In this document: positions 31,917 through 42,066 of the stretch, in pieces
Numbering within the stretch: position 1 is the stretch's first letter
Layout of the letters: every line of letters starts with the position of its first letter
From: a virus
Taxonomy: Duplodnaviria > Caudoviricetes
Direction: 5' to 3' (one strand)
IMG/VR virus record: IMGVR_UViG_3300037067_015585
Location: 170,377 to 234,376 of that record
DNA length: 64,000 bases
Made by a program: the position numbers and the translations under genes
The notes under the pieces: generated by a model
Told to the model about the DNA's origin: nothing
The model's database searches: none
Seen by the model: the letters and a program-made list of their open reading frames with translations, nothing else

Positions 31917-31932
31917 TAATGTATTTTAATGA

Positions 31933-32006
31933 TGCGGGATGGAGCAGCCTGGTAGCTCATAAGCCTCATAAGCTTAAGATCGCTGGTTCAAATCCAGCTC
32001 CCGCCA
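31933..32006 (+). tRNA. tRNA-Met(CAU), initiator-like
   Basis: Cloverleaf with fMet-type D arm (GGAGCAGCCTGGTAGCTC), 1:72 mismatch, CT-CAT-AA loop, TTCAAAT T loop. Confidence 0.9.
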
Positions 32007-32010
32007 CTTT

Positions 32011-32084
32011 GGGCCCGTAGCTCAGTTGGTTAGAGCAGCAAACTCATAATTTGACGGTCGTTCGTCCAAGTCGAACCGGGCCTA
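32011..32084 (+). tRNA. tRNA(CAU), probably Ile2 (or elongator Met)
   Basis: GGGCCCG/CGGGCCT acceptor stem, CAT anticodon, variant T loop TCCAAGT. Confidence 0.85.
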
Positions 32085-32090
32085 CATATT

Positions 32091-32226
32091 ACATAACAAT
32101 GGAACAAGAGGCACTTCTCGTAGAAAAACGGAATTAAATGGCCGTCTGTGTACCGTGAATGAGCGGGCAAGCATAGGAAGTTGTGGGTTGAAACCCCATC
32201 ATAGAAAACTTGTTCTATTGTTGTGT
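32091..32226 (+). ncRNA. Candidate structured ncRNA
   Basis: 18-bp terminal stem with two G-U pairs (ACATAACAATGGAACAAG/CTTGTTCTATTGTTGTGT) enclosing several hairpins. Confidence 0.55.
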
Positions 32227-32750
32227 TAGTTATGTCAATCGATCTTCTTCAACGATTCGAGTGCATCGTCATCGAGGTTCGTGAGGACTGTGTTGATGTT
32301 GAGATGTATGATTTGACGAATCCATCAAATCCAATCGAGTTTGCATCAATCTATCTATCCAAATTCGATGCCAATGACGTAAAGCTATTGTGTGAAGGTG
32401 CCGTTTTCTACTGGAATATTGGGAACGAGACGAAAGATAGCGGGCAGATAATTCGATATTCAGAATTTGTATTTAAGTAGTCCTTAGTTTCACTAACCCC
32501 ATTGATAGGAAGAAAATGGCAAAAGCAAAAAGAGAAGTTAAGCCCGACCGATGTACACTGCAGAAGTGAAGTCTTTGCAACGGTAGATTCTATCGACGAA
32601 GGATATGTTAATCGTCTCAATACAAAATCTATAAAAATTTTAAAATATAAGATGTGGGCTAAAATCGGAATGCTTGATTTCTTTTCAAGCGCCAGGACTA
32701 GACAAAGCACAAGCCCATCAAGGGGCAAAAATAGAGCCAAGTAGTACTAA

Positions 32751-32823
32751 GCCGGTGTAGCTCATTTGGTAGAGCATCTGATCTGTAATCAGACGGTAGT
32801 GGGTTCAATTCCCTCCACCGGCT
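32751..32823 (+). tRNA. tRNA-Thr(UGU)
   Basis: GCCGGTG/CACCGGC acceptor, TCTGA/TCAGA anticodon stem, loop TC-TGT-AA. Confidence 0.88.
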
Positions 32824-33457
32824 CATTTTTCCAGCATTCAATCCAAGTTAATATTCTGTGTGATAGTTTATAATTACTGAATCTCAAATAACAAGTGCCG
32901 TGCGTACATCGGCGTAGTTTGTGATTCTTTCTCACTTCAATCCTTTTTACTTCTACACCAATCTTATTCTCCCAAAATGTTCTCATTTCTTCAGGGTCTA
33001 GATCATCATATATGATGATGTTGCAATAATACCTATTATTAGAACTTAACCTATCGAAGCATCTTTTACATTTTATGATAACACTAGGATCACTATTTGC
33101 GATGCCAACCTGCGATGTCCTGTGTCCTCTAGCTATCTTCGTTCCTTCTCCCCAGTACAATCCTAAAAAGCCCATTAACTCCGGATCATTCTTAACAACT
33201 TTCCATTCTTTCTTTGCGTCATTAATAACAGCTTCAACGGCATTATTCCATTTTTCCTCAGCACGTCTAGATGCATTCTTTGCATTATCGCGAATGCTTC
33301 GATCGATCATGCTTCGATCTGCTATCTCTATATCTCTTGAGTATAAGCCAGCAGTTGACTTAGCACATCCAACAATTTTCACGATGCTTTTGAGACTATG
33401 CCCTTTCCGCCGTAATTCAACGATTCTGTCTTTGAACACACTCTTTGATTCACTCAT
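32789..33457 (-). CDS. HTH plus LAGLIDADG-like endonuclease-fold protein
   Basis: N-terminal HTH (LRRKGHSLKSIVKIVGCAKST), GLYWGEGTK, ANSDP, FWENKIG. Confidence 0.65.
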   Translation of the reverse strand: MSESKSVFKDRIVELRRKGHSLKSIVKIVGCAKSTAGLYSRDIEIADRSMIDRSIRDNAKNASRRAEEKWNNAVEAVINDAKKEWKVVKNDPELMGFLGLYWGEGTKIARGHRTSQVGIANSDPSVIIKCKRCFDRLSSNNRYYCNIIIYDDLDPEEMRTFWENKIGVEVKRIEVRKNHKLRRCTHGTCYLRFSNYKLSHRILTWIECWKNEPVEGIEPTTV

Positions 33458-34373
33458 ATTGGACCTCCGATTTTGTATTTTATCTACTTTTGGTCGTGAG
33501 TTCGAAAAATGAGTAAAACTATTTGGTCTAAAGAGTGGCCGACGAATCCTGGCAGATACTGGCTGTATGGCTGGACGTCAAATTACTTCAAAAGCAAAAA
33601 CAAAAATAAGCCAGAGCTGATATACGTCGATGTTCGTGAAATAGGAACAGAAAAAACATCATCATTAGCCTTTATATGTAAAGGCGGGTTCATCTATAAG
33701 AGAGATGGTGCTGACGGCTTATGGGCACCAATTGATCTGCCAGAATTACCACCAGAGCAAGAATTATGTATGTAATATGTTGGTCCGATGGCAATGGCAG
33801 AGAATTTAAGGCACAGACAGAAGACGTCTATAGTGCTTGGGAAATCTACTGGTATGTTAAGCACGAAGCTGAAATCTCCGTACCAAAATTCAATATTTGG
33901 ATATCTATTTATAGAATAGTAAATACGAACGACAGCCCAATTCATGTTGATCCAAGACAAGGAATCACAGATGACGGCAATTTACATCCGATGGCAAAAG
34001 GCAAATCGCCAAAAATCGTCATGAAAATAGGATTAGACGAGCCATTGCCATGCAATTATATAAACATGTCTTTCGTGCTATAATATGGCAGAAACACCCT
34101 TTGCAATATACCAAAATAAAGATGGCCGAGATGAATTCTTTGTCGAGTTGCGATACTTAATGTCGATATTGACGGCCACATTGGAAGGGTTTACCGAAGA
34201 AATAGTCACTTTTCCAGAGAGTAAAGGAAAAACATTATACATCCCGATCGATCTTGCTATCGCGTGGATTGAAAAAGAAATGGATGATGATCCACAATGC
34301 CTAGAGGGCAAAGGTTTAGAGGTCGAGTGTTCGTTGAAGATAGCAAAAGAAAAGTTCGAATCGGAGTGTGTAG

Positions 34374-34655
34374 ATGGCAAGTATACCGGATGTCATTAAT
34401 GGTGCGTTTGAGTTACTAGGCGGTTTTATGATCGCCAAAAACTGTTGGAATCTTCACCGAGATAAAGAGTTAAAGGGCGTCAGTCTATTACCGATGACGT
34501 TCTTTAACTTGTGGGGATTTTGGAACCTGTACTTTTATCCGCATTACGACGCTTGGTGGAGTTTCGCTGGTGCTCTCGGAATAGTTATCGCTAATACGAC
34601 GTGGGTCATTCAAGCAATATATTACATCCACAAAAATGAACATAAGACAGGCTAG
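34374..34655 (+). CDS. PQ-loop/SemiSWEET-like small membrane protein
   Basis: Three hydrophobic segments, KGVS motif. Confidence 0.5.
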   Translation: MASIPDVINGAFELLGGFMIAKNCWNLHRDKELKGVSLLPMTFFNLWGFWNLYFYPHYDAWWSFAGALGIVIANTTWVIQAIYYIHKNEHKTG

Positions 34656-35069
34656 AAAAATAGTTGGCTCTGGTAGCAAACAACACAAGCATATTACAAA
34701 GACGTCCAATGGGACATTTTTGAAGGCACGAAGAGTTAAGCATAGCCATACGTCCCGCTACTATAAAGTACACAGTCAGTGGCCGACAATCAACGGATAT
34801 GTTGTTCTGCTTGGCGGCGCATCTATCAGAGTTGATATGTATGCGCTTCTTGGTGGCGACGGTCCTGCACTTGAAGAATTCAAGAGGACCCACTAATATG
34901 GTTGGTTATACAGTACACTCACTTCTCGATCCGACTTCGATGTGTTCTAATCCACGTAATTTCATCGATACGCCGACAAAAGACGGACGTATTCGAACCA
35001 CCTGCAAAGTCTGTGGTGATTTTATTGGCTACAGACCGATAGTCGAAGAAACAAAGAAACGAGGAAAAA

Positions 35070-35627
35070 ATGGCAAAAAAGTCTAAGGCGAAACGCTCCG
35101 ATACGTTCAAACGTGGGGCGTATTTTGTCATGCACAGCTATCTATGCTTGCTGCTCGATACTATAACGTGTGCGGCACTCGGTGAGTGCATTACCAGTAG
35201 CAATACGGATAGTGATGCTCTTCTAGCGTTTGGTACTCAGCTTAACAAGTTCAAGAGCACCAGTAAGCAGCAAATGAAAGATGACAAGCGCATTAAATGC
35301 AAGAGAATTGACCCTGAAATCATGGAAGAACTCGAACGAATAAATAAGACCGCGTTCCTGAGGATCGGATGCCTTAACGAATATACTACACCAATCTTAC
35401 TGGACGAAGACTTCTGCATCGTTCTTGGCAAATTCATCGAAGCGAATGGTAGTGATAATGCGAGCATTAGGAGAATCGGACGCCGGTTACTCAAAGCCAA
35501 AGAATACAATGTGAAGCGCACCATTAAATGGGTGAAGGCCAGAAGGAAGAATGGCGAATCATTTAAACACATCAGTAAAGAGCTTGGGATTTCAGTTTCG
35601 ACCGCATCGAAATATAGCAAGCTATAA
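35070..35627 (+). CDS. Hypothetical protein with C-terminal HTH
   Basis: [21 protein letters not shown]. Confidence 0.6.
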   Translation: MAKKSKAKRSDTFKRGAYFVMHSYLCLLLDTITCAALGECITSSNTDSDALLAFGTQLNKFKSTSKQQMKDDKRIKCKRIDPEIMEELERINKTAFLRIGCLNEYTTPILLDEDFCIVLGKFIEANGSDNASIRRIGRRLLKAKEYNVKRTIKWVKARRKNGESFKHISKELGISVSTASKYSKL

Positions 35628-36251
35628 ACAAATCAATAATAGACAAAGAAGCAAATGACCGACATAGACGATGAATTTATGGAATGCAAGGAATGTAGTA
35701 AAAAGCCTGGTACACCGATACTGTGCAAGAGTTGTCAACACAACCGTGTCTTAATTGAAATATTGCAAGAAAAGGTCAATCATATGTCAATCGACAATCA
35801 TCCAAATTTTCATGCTTCAAACTTCGCAGTCCACATAACAGCGGCTTTTTATGAGTCACTGCGTGGAGGTGCGACCGCGAAAAACACACCGGATATATCA
35901 AACGAAGTGATCGAATTCATATGTAAAATCGAGGATATGGTCGATCGGGCAGTAGAGTCGGCAGACGCACGCCCATTAAAGGGGTATGCCGAAAGGCGTG
36001 AGATACACGATAAGGATGTAAAATAGTGTTAAGCAGAGAAGACATTGATGCTCGCATGGAAGCATATGACGAAGCGATTGGACATTTAGATCAGATAATG
36101 GATATACCGCCAAATCTTCCGCTTGATGAACAAGGTCAAGCAGTACGTGAGCGAAATCAACGAAGATGGCTTGCAAAGCATTTGAGGAAAGAAGCTGACG
36201 ATTGGTATAAGGAGATAATGAGACGGTGTGAGATAAGAATTTAAACAAAAC

Positions 36252-36324
36252 GTGTCAGTAGCTCAATGGATCGAGCAATGGACCTCTACTCCATCGGTTG
36301 GGAGTTCGACTCTCCCCTGACACA
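36252..36324 (+). tRNA. tRNA-Arg(UCU)
   Basis: GTGTCAG/CTGACAC acceptor, A20, ATGGA/TCCAT stem, loop CC-TCT-AC, TTCGACT T loop. Confidence 0.85.
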
Positions 36325-37525
36325 CTTGATTAGAAGACAGTGATCTTCAATATGGTTACAGAATATCCACAAGTTATTGGTGAATTATTGCAGTTACTCA
36401 ATTGCACATTAGACTTGGCGGGATGCCGTCAAGCGATGGAAATGATTCATTCGAGAGAAGCTACGCAGATCGTAATCAAGGGCGGATCTTTTGCTGGTTG
36501 CTATGATAGCGAAGAGATTGACCGGCAAATCGGAAACGCCGTTTTGCAGCAATATCCACAATTAAAACCATTGGTAGTTGGTTTGAAAGAGGAGGGTAGC
36601 GGATTTTATGGTATTGCTGCTTGGTTAAATGATTTTGTGGAGAGCATTGCTCTTTTGAGCGGCAATAGGCCACTTCCAACAGACAAATTCTCATTCGTTA
36701 AGGGTGAAAAAGGTCATGGAATCATCTTTTTCGAAGCCGGATATTATTCGATTATGTTGAAAGATCCGAACAGGATTTTAACATACCAAACTGCTTTCGA
36801 TGCGGCATTAGATGGTTGGAGCATAGACTAAATACATGAATATTTCTAAGGCATACTGGTATTATTGCAGTAAGCTTGGGTGTCGCTTATATTACATAGC
36901 ATCACCACGATATCAAAAAAGACCTGTTATTAATGTTGAAATCTGGTGTCCTGCTGTCGATTCTCATGTAAAAATCGTTCTGGTTGGAGTTGGACAAGAC
37001 GGTGCGAAAGAATTCAACTGGATGCCAACTTTCCCTGTCGATCTATATCATAGACCATACAAGCTTGATCCATACGTATCAAAAACATGTAATCAAAATA
37101 TGATCGATGAATGGGAATGTTTAATAGCGTCTAAGAAGAGAGAACTACAATAAAATGACATTTGAGGTACTATTATGGAAGAATTAAGTTGTGTGGCTAT
37201 TTATGGTAGTGAGTGGACAACCAGATTCATGCAGGACGCCGACTGTTTTGAGCGGTTTAAGGTTATAGCAGAACCGGTAAAATTCGTATTGACGCTCAAA
37301 CCTGATTGCTCAAAAGAGCGTGCACTCAACGATTTGAAGATGCTGCTGGAGAAGTCTGGTAATCGTGTCGTTGCGATATTTGCACCAAACGTCAAAGAAG
37401 GTGCGTATGTCGATGAATCGATCAAAGTGATTAGCAACGGTACACAATGGTGTATGTTAAAGGACGTGCTTGAAGCATATGGTTATACGGGTCAAGGCAC
37501 AACTTGTGCCGTCAAAACATAAAAT

Positions 37526-37612
37526 GGACAGTTGGCCGAGTGGATTATGGCTGCAGTCTTGAAAATTGCCGTAGGTGAAAGCCTACCGGGTGTTCGAATC
37601 ACCCACTGTCCG
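37526..37612 (+). tRNA. tRNA-Ser(UGA)
   Basis: GGACAGT/ACTGTCC acceptor, CT-TGA-AA loop, long variable arm, G73. Confidence 0.92.
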
Positions 37613-37891
37613 CTTAAGAAAGACATTATGAAAGATTCTGTTTATCGGACGAGAACACGATTTAAGGTATTTTTTGAACGCACTGACTCTCCGCATTGCG
37701 AAGAAGCAATGAATAAGTTGCTGGAGCGCGTTGATGATTGGGCATCAGAAGGTAATAAAACTGTTCTGGCATGGCAATGGAAGCATAAAGTCGAAAACAT
37801 GGGGAAACAGTTATATGTTGACATTGAGGTCATATATAGTGAAATCATCGAAGAGAGTTAATGATATATGATTCTCGTGCCATAATATAGT

Positions 37892-38473
37892 ATGATCAAA
37901 TCTGTCGAATTCAAAGTCGATTGGCGAACATTCAAGGCTGGCGATCGGTTTGAATTTACCCCTGGTATAAATCTTCTAGTGGGGGATCAGGGAGCCGGAA
38001 AGAGTTCTCTAATAACTCTGTTCAAATGGGCACTAAATGATAATAAGGAATTTGAAAGAATTGCCCATATATCGGTCGAAGGCAAGATACAGTTACGCCT
38101 ATTCGACTTTGAAGCAGATAATCCAAGAACAAGAAGCTATTGTCAGCACGCAGCGGATGTGTATATGAGATTCCAGGCCCACGGCAATTGCGTTCTGGCC
38201 ATACTTGACGTACTTGGCGAGGAAATAGATACGGTCAAAGCGTTTGTACTCGATGAACCAGATATGGCTCTGAGTATCAGATCGATAAATAAATTAGTAG
38301 GTATTTTAAAATCCACAAAGCATCAGGTCATATCATCAGCGCACAATCCACTATTAATCCAGTCGTTCGATAATGTTTTGTCGATAGAGCATAAAAAGTG
38401 GATGAAGTCGAAAGAATTTATTGAAAGTCAGATGACAGATGGCGAAGAAGCGCAAACCGACAGCAAAACCTAA
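37892..38473 (+). CDS. ABC/AAA-type ATPase
   Basis: GDQGAGKS Walker A, VLDEPD Walker B, SAHNP. Confidence 0.85.
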   Translation: MIKSVEFKVDWRTFKAGDRFEFTPGINLLVGDQGAGKSSLITLFKWALNDNKEFERIAHISVEGKIQLRLFDFEADNPRTRSYCQHAADVYMRFQAHGNCVLAILDVLGEEIDTVKAFVLDEPDMALSIRSINKLVGILKSTKHQVISSAHNPLLIQSFDNVLSIEHKKWMKSKEFIESQMTDGEEAQTDSKT

Positions 38474-38744
38474 ACTTTCTTCTGGCTCATTTAGTTCATT
38501 CAAACAAACATTCTCGTTCGATCTAGATTCCGTCGTGTTTATGTCTGTGTTGGGTTGGATGATAAGAAAGGAAATCGAGCAGACTTCTCTTGACATGTCG
38601 GAAAACAAGATGTGCGTTCCGAAAGATACAATTATTAAGGCGATTAAGAAGATCGGCCTTGGCAACTGGGTCAGCAAGGTAGAGAAATCTATTGCCGACT
38701 CTATAATCGAAGATGCTCGAGAAGAGCTTGCGAACAAAAAATGA
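38439..38744 (+). CDS. Hypothetical protein
   Basis: ORF directly upstream of array 1. Confidence 0.5.
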   Translation: MAKKRKPTAKPKLSSGSFSSFKQTFSFDLDSVVFMSVLGWMIRKEIEQTSLDMSENKMCVPKDTIIKAIKKIGLGNWVSKVEKSIADSIIEDAREELANKK

Positions 38745-38755
38745 ATTAATATAAT

Positions 38756-39190
38756 GGTGTGGCCTGGTGAGGTCCGGCTAGGCATGGCGGGGTTTGGTGG
38801 GGTAGGGTACGGTCAGGTCTGGGTGCCAATGGCACATTTACAAATCAAGAGCAATGTGGTGAGGTGAGGTGAGGTATGGTGTGGCGCGGTGCGGTGTGGC
38901 CTGGTGCGGTCGGGCCTGGCGAGGTGCGGTAAGGTTTGGGTGCCAATGGCACATTTACAAATCAATACTAGTGATATGGCTAGGCGAGGCGCGGTCTGGT
39001 AAGGTAAGGTCTGGTGCGGTGCGGTGTGGCGTGGTAAGGTTTGGGTGCCAATGGCACATTTATAAATCAAGAGTGATGGCCGGGCGAGGTGCGGTGTGGT
39101 TTGGTCGGGTCAGGTCTGGTGTCGTGCGGTTTGGTGTGGTAAGGTAAGGTGTGGTAAGGTTTGGGTGCCAATGGCACATTTACAAATCAA
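38756..39190 (+). repeat. GGY-NN array 1: four (GGYNN)13-17 tracts, each ending in a 29-nt palindromic repeat; putative guide-RNA array
   Basis: TGGGTGCCAATGGCACATTTAYAAATCAA at 38820, 38937, 39042 and 39162; strict 5-nt GGY periodicity in the tracts. Confidence 0.9.
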
Positions 39191-39202
39191 TACTAGTGAA
39201 TT

Positions 39203-40081
39203 ATGAGCTTAACAATATCAATAATCGGCAAGAATGAGGAAGATAATCTTAGTCGCTGTATCAAGTCAGTGCTTCCAATTGCTGATTTGATCGTCTACGC
39301 TGATACTGGTAGTACTGATTCGTCAATTGAAATTGCTGGATCACTCGGATGTACTATTCGGAACATCAAATTTGAAGATTTTGCACAAGCACGCAACGAC
39401 GCGAAGGAAGGCATTCCTGATGACTGGATCTTGCAAATCGACGCCGACGAAGTGTTATTGAATGCCGAAAAACTGCTACCATGCCTCGAATCAGATTATT
39501 ATGAGGCATATCTGTCATCGCAAGAACATCTAATGATCGGTGGCAACAAAACATCGATCGCTATGCGATTGTTTAGAAATCGTGAACATTATAAGTATGT
39601 TGGATGCATTCACGAAATGCCAGAGGATATGAATGCAAGTGGTCCTGACAAGGCCATCTCACCATATATGTTCACGAAGGATTGGGGGTTCGCACATTAT
39701 GGATGTGTTGACGAACCGCTGCGGCGAGTGAAAGTATCTGAGCGTAATCTAAAACTATTAATCAAGGATCTGCATGTTAATCCATATAGGTCTTATAATA
39801 AATACTTGATGATACGCGATTACCTCAATATCTATAAATGGAGAACAGAAGCGAACGGATTTAGGTGTAAGTTTGGATCTATCGAGCACAACCTTTTGTG
39901 TGCAGTAATAAGAGACTACGACAAATACAAAAAAGACATATTATCGCGTTATCGTGATCTAGCAAACGAAGTTTTTGAATCAGCCCAATCTGTGCTATCA
40001 CAACAGGATTATCAATATATTGAAACGAATATGTCGCCAATCGAATTGCTATCATTAGGGTTGAGTGATGCCAGCGCATAA
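39203..40081 (+). CDS. GT2 glycosyltransferase
   Basis: IIGKNEE, DTGSTD, DFAQARN, IDADE, IHE, HYG. Confidence 0.9.
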   Translation: MSLTISIIGKNEEDNLSRCIKSVLPIADLIVYADTGSTDSSIEIAGSLGCTIRNIKFEDFAQARNDAKEGIPDDWILQIDADEVLLNAEKLLPCLESDYYEAYLSSQEHLMIGGNKTSIAMRLFRNREHYKYVGCIHEMPEDMNASGPDKAISPYMFTKDWGFAHYGCVDEPLRRVKVSERNLKLLIKDLHVNPYRSYNKYLMIRDYLNIYKWRTEANGFRCKFGSIEHNLLCAVIRDYDKYKKDILSRYRDLANEVFESAQSVLSQQDYQYIETNMSPIELLSLGLSDASA

Positions 40082-40262
40082 AGTGATAGCAACAAGCCTC
40101 GATCAGATAATTGGGCAGACTTTTATTGACTATGAACACAGTACAGAAGACGAATCTGTTTCCGGCAGTGATGAGGTTATATTGCATTTTTCTGGTGGTA
40201 GCGAGATTTTAATTTATTTCCACCAGCACGAAAAATGTGTAAAGGTCGAGGGAGATTAATAG

Positions 40263-40898
40263 ATGCCAGCACCCAAAGTAATCTGTAGCATTTGCGGACA
40301 AGAGGTCAACAAAGCACAAACGACGCATATAGGTGGTGGTAAACGGGCTTGCCGTTCTCATGAAGGCGTAGTAGAGGCAGGCAAACGTGAGCATGAAAAT
40401 GCTGAGCAGAAAAGACGCGCAGCATTAGAGTCGATGCAAAAGAAGCACCACACACACGACGACATAGACCTAAAGCCAAGATGTATGATCTGTAATAGGA
40501 CTGGCATGCATCAAGTAGAATGGTTTGCTCGTGCAGCAATCGAATTAAAGAAGCGAGAAATATTGCGTGATAGTGGTGCTGCTGCAGCAAAGCCAGATAA
40601 TTCTTTGCTGAATATACCATGTTTATATCAAGTAGCTTGGCATAACAAAAATGTTCAAATCAAGATTCCACATGAGACCTATGAATTTACGCTATTTCAA
40701 CGATCGCTTGGTTTAGATGTTCCAGTGCTTTTGGTTTGCCAAGAATGCGTCGATGAGAGAGGATTAATCACAACGCTCCAGGAAAGACTTGATAACATTG
40801 ATCCCGAAATGTTCGTGAGGATAGCACAAACCGTAGGTGCTATTATGAAATCAGAAGTTGAGCAGGTGGCGATGCGAGAGATAATCGAGTCGAATTAG
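40263..40898 (+). CDS. Cys-rich hypothetical protein
   Basis: CSIC...CRSH, CMIC...CQEC. Confidence 0.55.
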   Translation: MPAPKVICSICGQEVNKAQTTHIGGGKRACRSHEGVVEAGKREHENAEQKRRAALESMQKKHHTHDDIDLKPRCMICNRTGMHQVEWFARAAIELKKREILRDSGAAAAKPDNSLLNIPCLYQVAWHNKNVQIKIPHETYEFTLFQRSLGLDVPVLLVCQECVDERGLITTLQERLDNIDPEMFVRIAQTVGAIMKSEVEQVAMREIIESN

Positions 40899-40905
40899 GT
40901 GTGAT

Positions 40906-41655
40906 ATGAGAATAAAATCAGACTTTCATGATTACTACGATAGCATCCAATCATTTGGGCAAGATCAGTCACTTATCTATATTCGCAAGAAGATCGATTT
41001 CCCAGTTGCGACGGAATTAAAAACAAAGAAGCTGCCATTTCCATCGGTTAGTTTAGACCGCGATCATTCGTTCGCGAGGCATGGCGATCTACCGACCAGT
41101 GCGCGATTTTATGTTATTGGATTTGCCGGAAAAGTCTATCCATTGTTTGAACTCATTTGGTGTTATGATTATCCATATGAAAAAAGATCAGAGTTCTGCT
41201 ATAGCATGGTAGACATAGACAGGACTATTGAGAAGCATTGCAATAAAAAAGCACAAGAGAGTTATAATGAGTTCGTACTACGTAAAAAACGTAGCCGCGA
41301 CTATTGGCGTTGGCGTAACATTGCAATTAAGAGAGCAACATTCGTAGAATTTTTCGACATATGGGGACAAGAAGATCAAACAATAAAAGCTGCGCCGTTG
41401 TTTGAGAAATATCCTGTGTGGGTCATTGAAGAGCGACGTGATGGATGGTATGTTTGCTACAATTGCAATCTAAAGCCATTTAAATTCTTCAAAGTAAAAG
41501 ACCCAATGACCGCGTACCAGGAAATCAATATGTTCTTGAGCAACATAGCAGTGCCACAAAAGCCAATCCCGGTACCATCTGATAAAGATATGGTCAGTAT
41601 TAAAGGGTTTGATAAATTTAGTTTTCGCAAAGAGCCAAGCAAGAAGAAAAAATGA
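40906..41655 (+). CDS. Conserved hypothetical phage protein
   Basis: FHDYYD start, DPMTAYQEI, GFDKFSFRK end. Confidence 0.65.
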   Translation: MRIKSDFHDYYDSIQSFGQDQSLIYIRKKIDFPVATELKTKKLPFPSVSLDRDHSFARHGDLPTSARFYVIGFAGKVYPLFELIWCYDYPYEKRSEFCYSMVDIDRTIEKHCNKKAQESYNEFVLRKKRSRDYWRWRNIAIKRATFVEFFDIWGQEDQTIKAAPLFEKYPVWVIEERRDGWYVCYNCNLKPFKFFKVKDPMTAYQEINMFLSNIAVPQKPIPVPSDKDMVSIKGFDKFSFRKEPSKKKK

Positions 41656-42066
41656 AAGATAGACTCTTCCAGAAAATCACAGAAGACAATCTACCGGTCG
41701 CGTTAACGTTGTACATTACACGTGATGATATTGAATATCACGATTGGGATGAAATTGGTACATGGCGATTTATTAGTGGTATCGATAAGAGGCATCCATA
41801 TAGATCAGCGTCATGTACATTCGTAGAGGCTGTAGCGGCTTTTTTGATGGGTGAAATCGCCGGATACTATGGTGAATGGATAGATCATATAATTGAAGAA
41901 GTCCCAAACTACAACAATGGCAAGGTACTCAAGGTTGAGAATTCACAGATCCAACACAGAAACGTTTGCCCATTATCAAGGGCTGAGTTGGATATACTGG
42001 TGGTTAATGGTTTCAAACCAATTGGGTATACGCCAGATAACACAACAAAACCGCTATTTTAATTGA

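Noticed and set aside
36252-36324. Amber suppressor tRNA (CTA in the loop) and a recoded genome
   Set aside because: The 5-bp stem centres TCT, A20 supports Arg identity, and known genes are full-length under the standard code
37532-37627. N-terminal part of ORF 37532-37861
   Set aside because: Overlaps tRNA-Ser; the real start is probably the ATG at 37628
38813-39147. R/G/V-rich and P/H/T-rich ORFs over array 1
   Set aside because: They are by-products of the pentamer periodicity, lack an RBS and are broken by stops. Array 1 spacings are multiples of 3 but array 2 spacings are not
38756-39190. Canonical CRISPR array
   Set aside because: Inter-repeat segments are about 70-90 nt of periodic GGY-NN rather than unique 30-40 nt spacers, and no cas1/cas2 or effector gene is recognisable nearby
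38756-39190. Simple microsatellite or G-quadruplex as the full explanation
   Set aside because: Two-tier G4 folding is possible but does not explain unit-specific NN strings, codon-like NN bias or the conserved separator
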